61,545 bases of DNA, from IMG/VR virus record IMGVR_UViG_3300009514_000363, positions 1-61,545 of that record. The stretch is one strand, 5' to 3'. Under the pieces are notes generated by a model, which was given only the letters and a program-made list of their open reading frames with translations, was not told the origin of the DNA and made no database searches. Both the position numbers and the translations under genes were made by a program. Shown here one piece after another: positions 10,523 to 19,561 of this stretch; within the stretch, counting starts at the first letter, position 1; each line of letters begins with the position of its first letter. The DNA is from a virus. Lineage: Duplodnaviria > Caudoviricetes.

Positions 10523-11032
10523 TTAGTTCTTTTCTTTTATATTGTAAAACATTAATGCGCGCCGCTGTTCATCTGTTAATTTTGTTAAGTCAAAATCTGT
10601 AGCAGTGGCTTCATTTGAAGCTCCGCCACTTTCTAAAGGTTCAGAAAAATCATTTGTTTTATTTTCTTGATGAATTTTATGTAGAAAATTTGTAATTGCA
10701 TCTTCATCAGAAGATGATACTAAATCGTAAGGAAGTGACATATGAACAACGCGCTGGAAATAATCAAGATTTTCTTCTGTGATTGAAATCATATTACCAT
10801 CAATTTCAATGGCAGTGCCTGGAGTATAATGCACCATTCCTATAATAACCACTAAGTCATCTATTAAGTTTGCATCTTCCCATGCAACGACGCCGGCGTT
10901 GAATATAGGATCAATATCATTGAGAAATTCTGTAACACAGACAAGACTAGTATGAATTATATCAAATATTTCAAGTGTTTTCTTTTCAAATGCAGAATCC
11001 CTTTCTTCAAAAACCTTTTTTAATTCTTCCAT
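10523..11032 (-). CDS. hypothetical acidic protein
   Basis: 169 aa between primase and uvsY. Confidence 0.6.
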   Translation of the reverse strand: MEELKKVFEERDSAFEKKTLEIFDIIHTSLVCVTEFLNDIDPIFNAGVVAWEDANLIDDLVVIIGMVHYTPGTAIEIDGNMISITEENLDYFQRVVHMSLPYDLVSSSDEDAITNFLHKIHQENKTNDFSEPLESGGASNEATATDFDLTKLTDEQRRALMFYNIKEKN

Positions 11033-11068
11033 TTTCTTACCTTATTATTGTTATTATTATTTATTCAT

Positions 11069-12085
11069 TTATGAATCACAATAATTCCCCAACTGTGTCA
11101 TCGCCTCAAATCCTGTTGCCTTATTTTCGATAATGCTTTTTATCACGAATATTTTGCCATATTTTTTAACGGCGTCGCTCATGTCCTTGGAACTAGAACC
11201 GATATCTGGTGTAGAAATGCTCCAACCAAATTCAAGCGCTTGTTCGCCTGCCTTTCTACCATCACCAAATTTGTCTGGGATATATATCTTTTCTCTGCGT
11301 GAACGATTCAACCATTGTGCTTGGTATGGTGTTATAATATTTCCTAAAGTTGCAACACCATCAATGGCGTATCCATCAAACCAACCTTCGGTTATTAATA
11401 ATGGCGCATCTGTATATTCAAACAATCTATCAAATCCATACAGTACACGTTCTTTGGGAGTCGCAGGTGTTTCATATTTTTTAGCAGCGTCATATAATGC
11501 TCTACCAATATAAAATATTAACTTATTATTTTTATATATCGGCATGATAACACGTCCAAGCCATTTGTGCAACTTGGGGTTTTCTGCTTTTCTTGATAAC
11601 ATAAAAGGGTAATCATTCGGATCAACGCCCCTTTCATTAATGAGATATTCTCTTGCAGCATCGGCAACATAATCATCTGGGGCAGCGTCTTTCAAGAAAT
11701 AAAAAATATCTGGCATTTTTATTTCTTTAGGCTCAATATTAGTTAATTCGGACTTGGTATTGTCGTGTTTCTTTGCGCCGTGCCGATATGCGGGACTTGA
11801 TAAAATAACCTGTTGCCATTCATCTGTGGGGATGCCAAAATCCTCTAAGGTTCTCACCATTTTTTTTGGCATATACTCATGCTCGTATGGATCATATATT
11901 GACATATGACCACAATTCCAACATTTGTATACTACTTTATCGTTATCGAATAAAAATGCACCACGAAGTCCTTTGCGTGTGTGGTCATTACAAACATGAC
12001 ATCTAACAGCCTGCCAGCCTTTATGGTTTGGTGGTTGAAGTTGAACATATTGTTTTATTATTTGTTCAAGTGTTACAGAATCCAT
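11069..12085 (-). CDS. gp61: DNA primase (T4 gp61-like)
   Basis: Zn ribbon CHVC...CWNC; TOPRIM ITEGWFDG, IPDKFGDG, KDMSD. Confidence 0.88.
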   Translation of the reverse strand: MDSVTLEQIIKQYVQLQPPNHKGWQAVRCHVCNDHTRKGLRGAFLFDNDKVVYKCWNCGHMSIYDPYEHEYMPKKMVRTLEDFGIPTDEWQQVILSSPAYRHGAKKHDNTKSELTNIEPKEIKMPDIFYFLKDAAPDDYVADAAREYLINERGVDPNDYPFMLSRKAENPKLHKWLGRVIMPIYKNNKLIFYIGRALYDAAKKYETPATPKERVLYGFDRLFEYTDAPLLITEGWFDGYAIDGVATLGNIITPYQAQWLNRSRREKIYIPDKFGDGRKAGEQALEFGWSISTPDIGSSSKDMSDAVKKYGKIFVIKSIIENKATGFEAMTQLGNYCDS

Positions 12086-12121
12086 TCAATTATAATATCA
12101 CAAAACAAATAAATTATCAAC

Positions 12122-12727
12122 TTACTTTTTGGTGTTTTGCGCTAAGTCTTTGCGTTCTTTCTGTTTAGCTTTTATCATTTTGTTAAGGCGCTTACGAATA
12201 TCATCTGCTTGTAACCATAAATCTTCACCTTTCAAAATACCTTTAAGTTCTTCTTCGGTTACAAATGGGATATAATAACTACGTGCCAAATTATTGAACC
12301 ATTTAAGGGTTGCTTCCAATTGTGATGCTTGTTCGTTTCCTTTGCCATATATTCCACCGCTGAAATTATGAACCATCATAATACTATTTTCATGGATAAG
12401 AAATTCGTCTGCCGCCAAAAAGATTAAAGAACCAAGTGAATACGCTTCGCCTTCTAAACTACAGATAACGTGTGCTGGCGAAGTTTGCATCGCATTAATT
12501 AGTTGAATACCAGTAGATAAATCACCGCCTTGTGTGTTTAAATGAATAAAGATTGTTTCATCTGCATTTGCGATATGAAATTTATGTATCATATTAACAT
12601 ATGCTGTAGGAACCTCAATCAAACCACTTAAATAAAAATGATGTACTTTTCGAACTAATGTTTGTTCGTAATATTCATATGGTTTTACTTCTGGTTCTAA
12701 ATCTTCATCATTAATTTCTGTTTTCAT
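12122..12727 (-). CDS. clpP: ClpP-family protease
   Basis: LNTQGGD, EAYSLGSLIFLAA (Ser nucleophile), MMVHN, EDLWL. Confidence 0.88.
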   Translation of the reverse strand: MKTEINDEDLEPEVKPYEYYEQTLVRKVHHFYLSGLIEVPTAYVNMIHKFHIANADETIFIHLNTQGGDLSTGIQLINAMQTSPAHVICSLEGEAYSLGSLIFLAADEFLIHENSIMMVHNFSGGIYGKGNEQASQLEATLKWFNNLARSYYIPFVTEEELKGILKGEDLWLQADDIRKRLNKMIKAKQKERKDLAQNTKK

Positions 12728-12762
12728 GCTACTCTTTTCGCCTTTGGTTGTTAGTATAATTC

Positions 12763-12770
12763 TATTTATA
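12763..12770 (-). promoter_or_regulatory. T4-type late promoter upstream of clpP
   Basis: TATAAATA on the minus strand about 35 nt before the clpP start; ATAAATA recurs before many genes in the window. Confidence 0.55.
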
Positions 12771-12774
12771 CAAT

Positions 12775-12801
12775 AAAAAGGGGGCCGAAGCCCCCTTTTT
12801 T
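12775..12801. terminator. bidirectional intrinsic terminator
   Basis: AAAAAGGGGGC-CGAA-GCCCCCTTTTTT. Confidence 0.8.
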
Positions 12802-12806
12802 GGTTA

Positions 12807-12932
12807 TTATTTATTTCGGAATCTTGCCCATTTAGTTAAAATCCATTCCTGAAAAAGTTTAGCATATGCTGGTTGTGGAAAGTTCCATCCAATAAACATG
12901 CCAATAATGATAAGAATTGCTGTGTCAAACAT
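12807..12932 (-). CDS. small membrane protein (41 aa)
   Basis: AGGAG RBS, ATG at 12932; MFDTAILIIIGMFIGWNFPQP... Confidence 0.6.
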   Translation of the reverse strand: MFDTAILIIIGMFIGWNFPQPAYAKLFQEWILTKWARFRNK

Positions 12933-12977
12933 TGCTGTTTCTCCTGATCTTGTTGATAATCTATTTATCCTTGACAA

Positions 12978-13000
12978 TAAAAAGGGGACCGAAGTCCCCC
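12978..13000 (-). terminator. intrinsic terminator closing the tmRNA gene
   Basis: Minus strand GGGGAC-TTCG-GTCCCC-TTTTT. Confidence 0.75.
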
Positions 13001-13300
13001 TGATTATTGGGTTACAAGGCATCACCCCCGGGCGGGTTTACGCAGCTAAGCGAAGATCCTCACCATAATATGCATCGTTTGCATTTACTTTATTTTCTTC
13101 GATATTTAACGTGCAGTTGCTTTCACGCACAGTCCTCTTATTGTCTATCCCCTGTCGAACCTATTTCATCCCCATATTCTTTATTATTTCAAAATACTCC
13201 TGTAAAATATCTTTGGAGTCTATCCTATCTAACAATTTGGTGGAGATGGGCGGCTCTGCCTCCGCCGTCCAAAGTTTATATCGTCAGTATCATACTGTGA
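13001..13300 (-). ncRNA. ssrA: circularly permuted (two-piece) tmRNA
   Basis: The acceptor piece ending GGCGG-AGGCAGAG-CCGCC-CATCTCC-A-CCA (CCA end at 13238) lies upstream of the 5' piece starting GGGGATG (13173). The 7-bp acceptor stem has G3:U70. Tag ORF 13082-13038 encodes ANDAYYGEDLRLAA*. Outer ends are approximate. Confidence 0.92.
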
Positions 13301-13305
13301 TAAAA

Positions 13306-13836
13306 TTATTTATCCTTTTCTGTATTATCTTTCGCCCAATCCAGATTTAATTCTTCTGCGTATTCTTTAACAACTTCAATGTCTTCTTCGAACTTAGGAA
13401 GATCCTTACATTGCATTTCGCCTACATCATAGGAAAATGTCACATGGGGTTTGTATTCATCGAAGTCATATGTCGCACCATGCTCTTTCATCAATTCTTT
13501 ATGTCTATCAATCAAGGCAGGACAATCATACCTCAATACTAAACACATTGCAACCTTTCCATCATCATCTGGCTGTGAAGGCCATTTTTCAAATTTAGTA
13601 GGCTTACCTATAAAGGATTCTTCAAATTCACCACGCGCTTTATAATCAGGTAGATATTTTTTACTATACAAAAGCGTAGTATGTAATTTTTCAGGCTTTA
13701 TTGAATTAGGAATATTATTATCTTTAATGAATTTTTCTATAGCAGCATTCGTCTTATTGCTAAATTTTACACCCGCGTAAGTTCCTTTGTTTTGTTTTGT
13801 TTCAATAATGTCTATCACTTTCATCTTTTTCTTCAT
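13306..13836 (-). CDS. acb1: 2H phosphodiesterase, Acb1 / T4 gp57B-like anti-CBASS nuclease
   Basis: GTYAGVKFS, two HxT motifs (LHTTLLYS, PHVTFSY), GATYDFDEY, C-terminal EELNLDW. Confidence 0.85.
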   Translation of the reverse strand: MKKKMKVIDIIETKQNKGTYAGVKFSNKTNAAIEKFIKDNNIPNSIKPEKLHTTLLYSKKYLPDYKARGEFEESFIGKPTKFEKWPSQPDDDGKVAMCLVLRYDCPALIDRHKELMKEHGATYDFDEYKPHVTFSYDVGEMQCKDLPKFEEDIEVVKEYAEELNLDWAKDNTEKDK

Positions 13837-14002
13837 CCGTTTTTATTATATTATTTACCCAATTTTCGGCTGTCTGCCACTTAAGAGTTTTCGTTTCGTA
13901 TGTTTTTGTAGGGGTTATTACTGTCGCACTATATTCAGTATCTTGTGGAAGTATTAAAAATTGAGCCAAACCAATCTTACCGGAGCTTACAATCTTGCCC
14001 AT
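13802..14002 (-). CDS. small hypothetical protein
   Basis: 66 aa filling the gap between DHFR and acb1; GAGGA RBS. Confidence 0.5.
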   Translation of the reverse strand: MGKIVSSGKIGLAQFLILPQDTEYSATVITPTKTYETKTLKWQTAENWVNNIIKTDEEKDESDRHY

Positions 14003-14008
14003 TACATT

Positions 14009-14548
14009 TTATCCTCTCTTGTATGTTACAAAATATAATTTTTCCGTTTTTTTACCATCTACTATTTTATAATGTTTATTTAGTATTTCTATTGGGAAAT
14101 GTTTATCACATTGATATCGTTCTCCTTTTATAATAGTTAAATAAATCGTGCTTGTCCAGGATAGCGCCTCGATGAACATTTTCACGCCGCCAAGTACAAA
14201 TATTTCGCGATTATCGGTTTCGTCAAGCGACTGAACGGCTTGTCTAATACTCTGAACTGCAACGGCACCCTGTGCTTTATAATCAGGATCGCTTGTTACA
14301 ATAAAAGATTCTCGCCCTGGAAGAATTTCTGTTATTTCTTCCTTAGATTTTTTTCTAGCCTTGGTCATATCAAGCATATTTTCATAAGTTTTTCTTCCCA
14401 TGATACAGACGCCACCAGCCGTAATTTCTTTGAAATGCGCCATATCCTCTGGAATGTTCCAAGGGATTTTCCCGTCTTTACCAAAGCCACCATCTTCATC
14501 AACGGCAACAATAATTGACAAGGATGGCATTATAGTTTTCATTGCCAT
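14009..14548 (-). CDS. folA: dihydrofolate reductase
   Basis: IIVAVD, GKIPWNIPEDMAHFK, IMGRKTY, LPGR, FVLGG, CDKHFP. Confidence 0.95.
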   Translation of the reverse strand: MAMKTIMPSLSIIVAVDEDGGFGKDGKIPWNIPEDMAHFKEITAGGVCIMGRKTYENMLDMTKARKKSKEEITEILPGRESFIVTSDPDYKAQGAVAVQSIRQAVQSLDETDNREIFVLGGVKMFIEALSWTSTIYLTIIKGERYQCDKHFPIEILNKHYKIVDGKKTEKLYFVTYKRG

Positions 14549-15027
14549 CTATTTTCTGCCCATAAAGATTCTTTTATTCTTTCATAGTTCTTATCATATG
14601 TTCGAGGTGTCAAATCTAATATAATTCTATCGTATCTAACGCCTCGCGTGAAAACCCTTTCCGCTGTCGTGAAGTTAAACGTAATCACTGGAGATCTTTT
14701 TATTTTACTGAAAAATGCCATTACTCTACCCATGATTGACGTTGGCAGTGGTGGCATTGGTAATTCAGCCTTATATGAAAGTTTATTTGGTGAATATTGG
14801 CAAAAGACACCACAATCCTGAAGCCAATAAAAAAAGATATGATAGATATCTTGAACATGTGCATAGTTTTCGCCGATAAACAAAAATTGTTTGCCATCGT
14901 TTTGTGGATGCACATAAGAAAGTAACGTCACCATTCTTTCTGTGGTTTTTCCACATCCACGGTTCCGTAACTTGCCATCACGAACATCTTTAATACGTTG
15001 AACATCTATTTCGCTTAATGGTATCAT
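14539..15027 (-). CDS. small degenerate P-loop protein resembling a terminase ATPase N-domain
   Basis: 162 aa; RGCGKTT Walker A-like and TRGVRYDRIILD Walker B-like without the catalytic Glu. Confidence 0.5.
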   Translation of the reverse strand: MIPLSEIDVQRIKDVRDGKLRNRGCGKTTERMVTLLSYVHPQNDGKQFLFIGENYAHVQDIYHIFFYWLQDCGVFCQYSPNKLSYKAELPMPPLPTSIMGRVMAFFSKIKRSPVITFNFTTAERVFTRGVRYDRIILDLTPRTYDKNYERIKESLWAENRWQ

Positions 15028-15356
15028 ACTTCTTGAATTAAGTAATGTAGTTCTGTAATATTAAAACAATTTCGTTGGCGATATGTTATATCAAGATGTG
15101 TCATCTTATTTTGTACATCACTTGGCTTATTATTTCGCCTGTCACATACTACATTCCACTGTTCAATTTTATTTTGTTCAACCATATCTTGTAAGTGTTC
15201 ATCTATTACTTCTAATATGGCATCGCGCTGCGAATCACTACTCCACATGATGCTAAAATTATTTATTATTTCATCAACGAAATCGGTTACATCTTTAAGT
15301 ATTCGCTTATTATTAACGTGCTTTGTTGTCAATTTATAATTTGGCATTTTAATCAC
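15024..15356 (-). CDS. stand-alone tail-sheath C-terminal-domain-like protein, copy 1
   Basis: 110 aa; IEQWNVVCDRRNNKPSDVQN..HLDITY..NITELHY parallels the T4 gp18 C-terminal YRVVCDTTNNTP.VID.N motif. Confidence 0.55.
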   Translation of the reverse strand: MIKMPNYKLTTKHVNNKRILKDVTDFVDEIINNFSIMWSSDSQRDAILEVIDEHLQDMVEQNKIEQWNVVCDRRNNKPSDVQNKMTHLDITYRQRNCFNITELHYLIQEV

Positions 15357-15658
15357 TTTTGTATTGTATAAGATAGATGTGTGATATTAAAACAGTTTTT
15401 ATGTCTATAGTATATGTCTATAACAAATTTTCCATTTTTAAGATCTGAAATTTTGTTATTTCTTGCATCACTAATAACATTTACCTGTTCCAATTTATAG
15501 TTTTCTGCTTCTTCTTCTAATAGCATTTCAAGTAATGGGACAACACTTTCAATATCTGACGATAAATCTATAAGCATAGTTATTGCTTTTACGTGTTTAT
15601 CTATTACGCTAAGTAACGTCTTACTATGAACATTCTTATGTGTTAATGTAACTTCCAT
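15353..15658 (-). CDS. stand-alone tail-sheath C-terminal-domain-like protein, copy 2 (paralogue)
   Basis: 101 aa; LEQVNVISDARNNKISDLKNGKFVIDIYYRHKNCFNITHLSY aligns with the neighbouring ORF. Confidence 0.55.
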   Translation of the reverse strand: MEVTLTHKNVHSKTLLSVIDKHVKAITMLIDLSSDIESVVPLLEMLLEEEAENYKLEQVNVISDARNNKISDLKNGKFVIDIYYRHKNCFNITHLSYTIQK

Positions 15659-15673
15659 TGCTGATCCTTTTAA

Positions 15674-16525
15674 TTATACACTGAATGCATACTTAATTGC
15701 AGGATGATGTTTATAGCCTTCAAGTTCAAAATCTTCTAATGTTACCCACGTTTCTAAATCTTCAAGAGTTTTAATATTTGGATTAATTTTTAATGTTGGT
15801 AACGATAGTGGTTCTCTTTTAAGTTGAACATTTTTCATTAAATCAAGCTGATCTTCATAGATATGTGCATTTACGATTTTATGAAATGCTTTCGCTGGTT
15901 TAAGTCCTGTAATCTGAGCCATAATCATAAGCAACCATGCCACTTGTACTTGATTGAATCCGTGTCCAAGTGGCAAGTCATCACTGCGTTGATAGCTAGT
16001 AAGATATAGTTCATCGCCCAAAATACTAAACGTATGAGTATGCATACATGACGCTAAACAAGCACGATTAAGTTCAGCAGGATTCCAAAACGTTAGAATT
16101 TCCCTGCGGTCATCATAGCCTTTACTTAGATTATTTATAATTTTTTGAAGTTGATCGAAAGGCTGTCCGTCGCGATCCCTAAATCTACGACCCTGGGCAC
16201 CATAACAATCCCCCATATCATCTACGCCTTTACGGTAAGGATTAGCTAACCATGTAGCATTATCGTTGGCGTTAGCATTCCATGTGTTAGCACCTAACTC
16301 ACGAAATTGGGCAGCGCTAGTATAGCCACGCAAGTAACCCAACATTTCCGCGATTGCGGGTTTCCAGAAAAGTTTTTTGGTGGTCAGGACAGGCAATTTG
16401 CCTTCACTTACATCATAAGTAAGATTGGCATCTATAACAGTCAAACAGCGTTTGCCTGTACGTTCATTCGTTATCCATACTCCATCATCTACTACTCTTT
16501 GACACAAACTAAGATATTCTTTCAT
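15674..16525 (-). CDS. thyA: thymidylate synthase
   Basis: NERTG, LTTKK, catalytic Cys (LASCMH), [19 protein letters not shown]; 283-aa Vibrio/Pasteurella-like type. Confidence 0.97.
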   Translation of the reverse strand: MKEYLSLCQRVVDDGVWITNERTGKRCLTVIDANLTYDVSEGKLPVLTTKKLFWKPAIAEMLGYLRGYTSAAQFRELGANTWNANANDNATWLANPYRKGVDDMGDCYGAQGRRFRDRDGQPFDQLQKIINNLSKGYDDRREILTFWNPAELNRACLASCMHTHTFSILGDELYLTSYQRSDDLPLGHGFNQVQVAWLLMIMAQITGLKPAKAFHKIVNAHIYEDQLDLMKNVQLKREPLSLPTLKINPNIKTLEDLETWVTLEDFELEGYKHHPAIKYAFSV

Positions 16526-16722
16526 TATTGTTCTTCTATTTCATATAAATCTGTTTTACGAACCCATTTTTTCCACGAGCCAAGTTCTTTTTCAGCAGGC
16601 GTCACTTCAAAGCGTTCGTCTATCCTATTGTTTTTTAATGTGCGCTTTGCTGTTCTCCCCGTAAAAACAACTTCAACGTCATCCAACAGATAAGTCTTCT
16701 GTTGCTCCGATGAGTCGGGCAT
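16525..16722 (-). CDS. small hypothetical protein (SH3-like)
   Basis: Likely start MPDSSEQ at 16722; [11 protein letters not shown]...WKKWVR. Confidence 0.55.
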   Translation of the reverse strand: MPDSSEQQKTYLLDDVEVVFTGRTAKRTLKNNRIDERFEVTPAEKELGSWKKWVRKTDLYEIEEQ

Positions 16723-17029
16723 ACTTTGTCCCCTTCTTCTTAATGGCTTCGTATAAATCGTTTGACAGTTCCCCTGGTGTTTTGTCGGGGTAATGCATAG
16801 CCAATATACCAATTAATACGTTAATAATATCCGCTGCTTCTTCAATTGGTGTATCTTTCCATTCTTTATTTTTATGGCGAAGGAACCCCATTTCATGTAA
16901 CATGATTTCACTAAATTCGCCAACTTCTTCTGCCAGTTTTATGGTCAATGCTTCTGGTGGTGTGGTTTCATATTTACTTATAATACTAAACAACCTGTCG
17001 ATTAATAAATCCCAGTTATTAGTAGTCAT
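16679..17029 (-). CDS. MazG-like nucleotide pyrophosphohydrolase
   Basis: KLAEEVGEFSE...EEAADII; likely start MTTNN at 17029. Confidence 0.8.
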   Translation of the reverse strand: MTTNNWDLLIDRLFSIISKYETTPPEALTIKLAEEVGEFSEIMLHEMGFLRHKNKEWKDTPIEEAADIINVLIGILAMHYPDKTPGELSNDLYEAIKKKGTKYARLIGATEDLSVG

Positions 17030-17144
17030 CGTCTTTTTCACCATCACCCTTTCTATATGTATAAAGCACATTTTCCAGCTCATACAACAAATCTATTCGT
17101 CGTTCATCATAGCAGCCAATATGTAAATCATCGGGATTCCGCAT
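17019..17144 (-). CDS. small hypothetical protein (41 aa, not in the ORF track)
   Basis: AGGGA RBS; MRNPDDLHIGCYDERRIDLLYELENVLYTYRKGDGEKDDDY*; fills the gap and overlaps both neighbours. Confidence 0.45.
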   Translation of the reverse strand: MRNPDDLHIGCYDERRIDLLYELENVLYTYRKGDGEKDDDY

Positions 17145-17424
17145 TTGTTCTATCCCTAAGTTTGCGCAATGCAACACTTATATCATGCCACCAATCTGCT
17201 TCTATATAAAACTCTAAAGAAATGCCATGTTCGTATGTTGAACCTTTCCCTTCCCCATAGTCATCATCAAGCTCAGCACAGAAGCGATCTCTGTAATAGT
17301 TATCAACCGCTTCCACTGCATCAAGCAATTCAACGATGGCAGATTTTTCTGGTGCTGCTTCCAGGTCTTTAATGGCGTGGACAATAAGATTTTGTGCCTT
17401 TTGTAAATCGTATTCTACAGTCAT
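17128..17424 (-). CDS. hypothetical protein
   Basis: 98 aa, ATGA-coupled to the Thg1-like gene. Confidence 0.6.
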   Translation of the reverse strand: MTVEYDLQKAQNLIVHAIKDLEAAPEKSAIVELLDAVEAVDNYYRDRFCAELDDDYGEGKGSTYEHGISLEFYIEADWWHDISVALRKLRDRTNAESR

Positions 17425-18131
17425 TCTTCTGACTCCAAATATTGTTCAATAAATTCCCTATTCTTTGTAAAGATAGGAATTTCTTTATCGTAACCATTCT
17501 TGGTTATACAGAAACCACGCTTCTTTCGTGTATCAATATCGTTCCAATTTTGCTGATACGATTCCATCAACATATCTTGAATCTGTGACACATTTTTACC
17601 GTGTAGCTGCTTATGCGAAAAGTAGAACTGACCAAGCATCTGGATACTGTTGCGCGTAGCGTCCTGTTGACGCCAGACAAAGTAATTGACCACTTCTTCC
17701 TTTGGGATGTTGAACACACGCGCATCAAATAATGCAGTACTTAGATTTGTATTTGCGTTGAATGCCGCTGTTGCCATTGAAGCAGATACAGACGCGATTT
17801 TTTGGATGCCACCATCGAACCATTGATCAGTATTCAGCTTTTTCCAATCATTTAACAAGATCGAAATTTCGTCCGATTGTGAATAGGCGAAGACTGCGTT
17901 CTGAATATTATTCATAAGATATATTACAGTATAGTGCATCAATTCGTGCATCATATTACCATATGGTTCGGCTTCTAATGATTTATCGACATCGCGTAGC
18001 TGGCGTGTCCATGTGTGAAAGGCTTTACCATCCAAACGGATAATAACAGGCATACGACGAAGTAGCTTTGATTTTGAAACTGACTCGTAGCCCTTCATTC
18101 TTGTTCCTAAGTTATCAGATTTGTGGCTCAT
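17421..18131 (-). CDS. tRNA-His guanylyltransferase Thg1-like protein (3'-5' polymerase)
   Basis: RMKGYE, IIRLDGKAFH, YSQSDEIS, FDARVF, WRQQDATRNSI. Confidence 0.93.
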   Translation of the reverse strand: MSHKSDNLGTRMKGYESVSKSKLLRRMPVIIRLDGKAFHTWTRQLRDVDKSLEAEPYGNMMHELMHYTVIYLMNNIQNAVFAYSQSDEISILLNDWKKLNTDQWFDGGIQKIASVSASMATAAFNANTNLSTALFDARVFNIPKEEVVNYFVWRQQDATRNSIQMLGQFYFSHKQLHGKNVSQIQDMLMESYQQNWNDIDTRKKRGFCITKNGYDKEIPIFTKNREFIEQYLESEE

Positions 18132-18154
18132 GGCTTCCCACCAAATGATGTTTG

Positions 18155-18364
18155 TTATAATTTGCCGTTAATGTGCATCCATCGTATTCCGATGAATAAT
18201 GCAAAATATGCCCAACCTAATAAGGATATGATAGCAGTATCTGAATTTATCAATAACAAACCCACAATAGTTAAACTTACTAACGGCCAAAACCGCGCGG
18301 CTTCACCTTGCTTATCATACCATTGGTTATATTTCTTTAAATTTGTTTTAAGGAATTGCCACAT
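18155..18364 (-). CDS. small membrane protein
   Basis: Likely start MWQFLK at 18364; two hydrophobic helices. Confidence 0.5.
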   Translation of the reverse strand: MWQFLKTNLKKYNQWYDKQGEAARFWPLVSLTIVGLLLINSDTAIISLLGWAYFALFIGIRWMHINGKL

Positions 18365-18626
18365 AATCTTTCTTCTCGAAACAGAAGGCTGAACCCTTAT
18401 TAGTACCGGCAATGAAAATACATTGCATGTATGGTGCAGTCTGTGGCGTAAATTCATACAACCGCATATCACCGCCCGCTGCTGCAAGACGTGTTACCTT
18501 GTCAGCGTTGATTGTGGCAGTTGTTAACACAGAGCCATCATCAAACCATTGTTTCTTTACATAATAAAGAAATGAAAGAGCTGCGATAAGCGCGACGACT
18601 AGAATACCCATTGTAAATTTGTTCAT
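18348..18626 (-). CDS. hypothetical protein with N-terminal membrane anchor
   Basis: 92 aa; RLYEFTP...MQCIF..CF. Confidence 0.55.
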   Translation of the reverse strand: MNKFTMGILVVALIAALSFLYYVKKQWFDDGSVLTTATINADKVTRLAAAGGDMRLYEFTPQTAPYMQCIFIAGTNKGSAFCFEKKDYVAIP

Positions 18627-19123
18627 TTTGCTAACCCGAATGTGTTAAGTTTACCCATTAATTTTGCTTCATATCTCGTATACTCTTGTCTCCGCTCTTC
18701 ATCGGTACCGTAAAAAAGACAAAGGCTGCCTTCTTCCATTAGAAGTTGTGGAGCAACAAGACTAGAACGAAGAACAGAAGCGCCCTCGTAAATCTTTTCA
18801 GGGAGAATGATACCGACATCAGTCAGCGCGCCATCGAGGGCATCTTTGCCTTCGTGGAAATCTGCCCATGGGTATGGGTTTTCAATATCATCAAAAAGTT
18901 GAATTAGGTTACGAATTGTTTCAGCATAACCACCATTTAACAGAACTATTGTCTTATGATTCTGTGCCCAGTCCCAAAGCATGATTCGCTTAGGATCAGC
19001 AGTAATTTCATAATCTTCTGAAATAGTTACATATTTCATGAACATATTTGAAATAACATGAGCAGCCTGAATACCCTGCTGAATGCTGGATAAGTACATA
19101 TTTCCGAAAAAGTAAGCTCGCAC
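18623..19123 (-). CDS. peptidyl-tRNA hydrolase type 2-like protein
   Basis: YLSSIQQGIQAAH, W..NHKTIVLL, FHE..ALDGALT pattern of the PTH2 fold; GTG start with AGGAG RBS and its own sigma70 promoter. Confidence 0.6.
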   Translation of the reverse strand: MRAYFFGNMYLSSIQQGIQAAHVISNMFMKYVTISEDYEITADPKRIMLWDWAQNHKTIVLLNGGYAETIRNLIQLFDDIENPYPWADFHEGKDALDGALTDVGIILPEKIYEGASVLRSSLVAPQLLMEEGSLCLFYGTDEERRQEYTRYEAKLMGKLNTFGLAK

Positions 19124-19190
19124 GGGATTCTCCTGTAGATTTATTGGGATATTCTACAATAAAGAATTGAAACTGTCAAGGCATGTGTGG

Positions 19191-19550
19191 TTATTTGTGA
19201 AGATGTAATAAAGTACCAACGGCGGAATTCCGCTTTTGTACTAAAATCTTACATGGAGTATTCCATGGAGTAAATGTTATTCTTGTTAAAAAAATACCAT
19301 ACCAAATTTCTAAGAATAGAATAGTTGACATATGGAAAGCTGCGAATGACGTAAAGAAAAATAATAGGGATGCAAGCATTAAAGTAGTTATGGCAATACA
19401 ACCTATACACCATTTTTGTGCAGATTTTATTTCACCTGTAGATTCTTCAATGATAGTAGATAGCCTATACATCACGAATATTCCCCATGATATTAAGATA
19501 CCGCTCAAAAAACTAAAAATTGTTGGCAAAAATAAAAGCAGTGTTTCCAT
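19191..19550 (-). CDS. membrane protein
   Basis: 119 aa, three hydrophobic segments; GGAG RBS. Confidence 0.55.
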   Translation of the reverse strand: METLLLFLPTIFSFLSGILISWGIFVMYRLSTIIEESTGEIKSAQKWCIGCIAITTLMLASLLFFFTSFAAFHMSTILFLEIWYGIFLTRITFTPWNTPCKILVQKRNSAVGTLLHLHK

Positions 19551-19561
19551 TATATTCTCCC

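Noticed and set aside
13007-13350. Plus-strand ORFs of 97 and 79 aa
   Set aside because: Antisense shadows of the tmRNA gene.
17029-17131. Apparent second amber leader (ATG 17131, 12 codons, TAG) in frame with the MazG-like gene
   Set aside because: Another frame gives a clean 41-aa ORF (17019-17144) with an RBS covering the same DNA, and I saw no hairpin or stall motif; probably coincidence.
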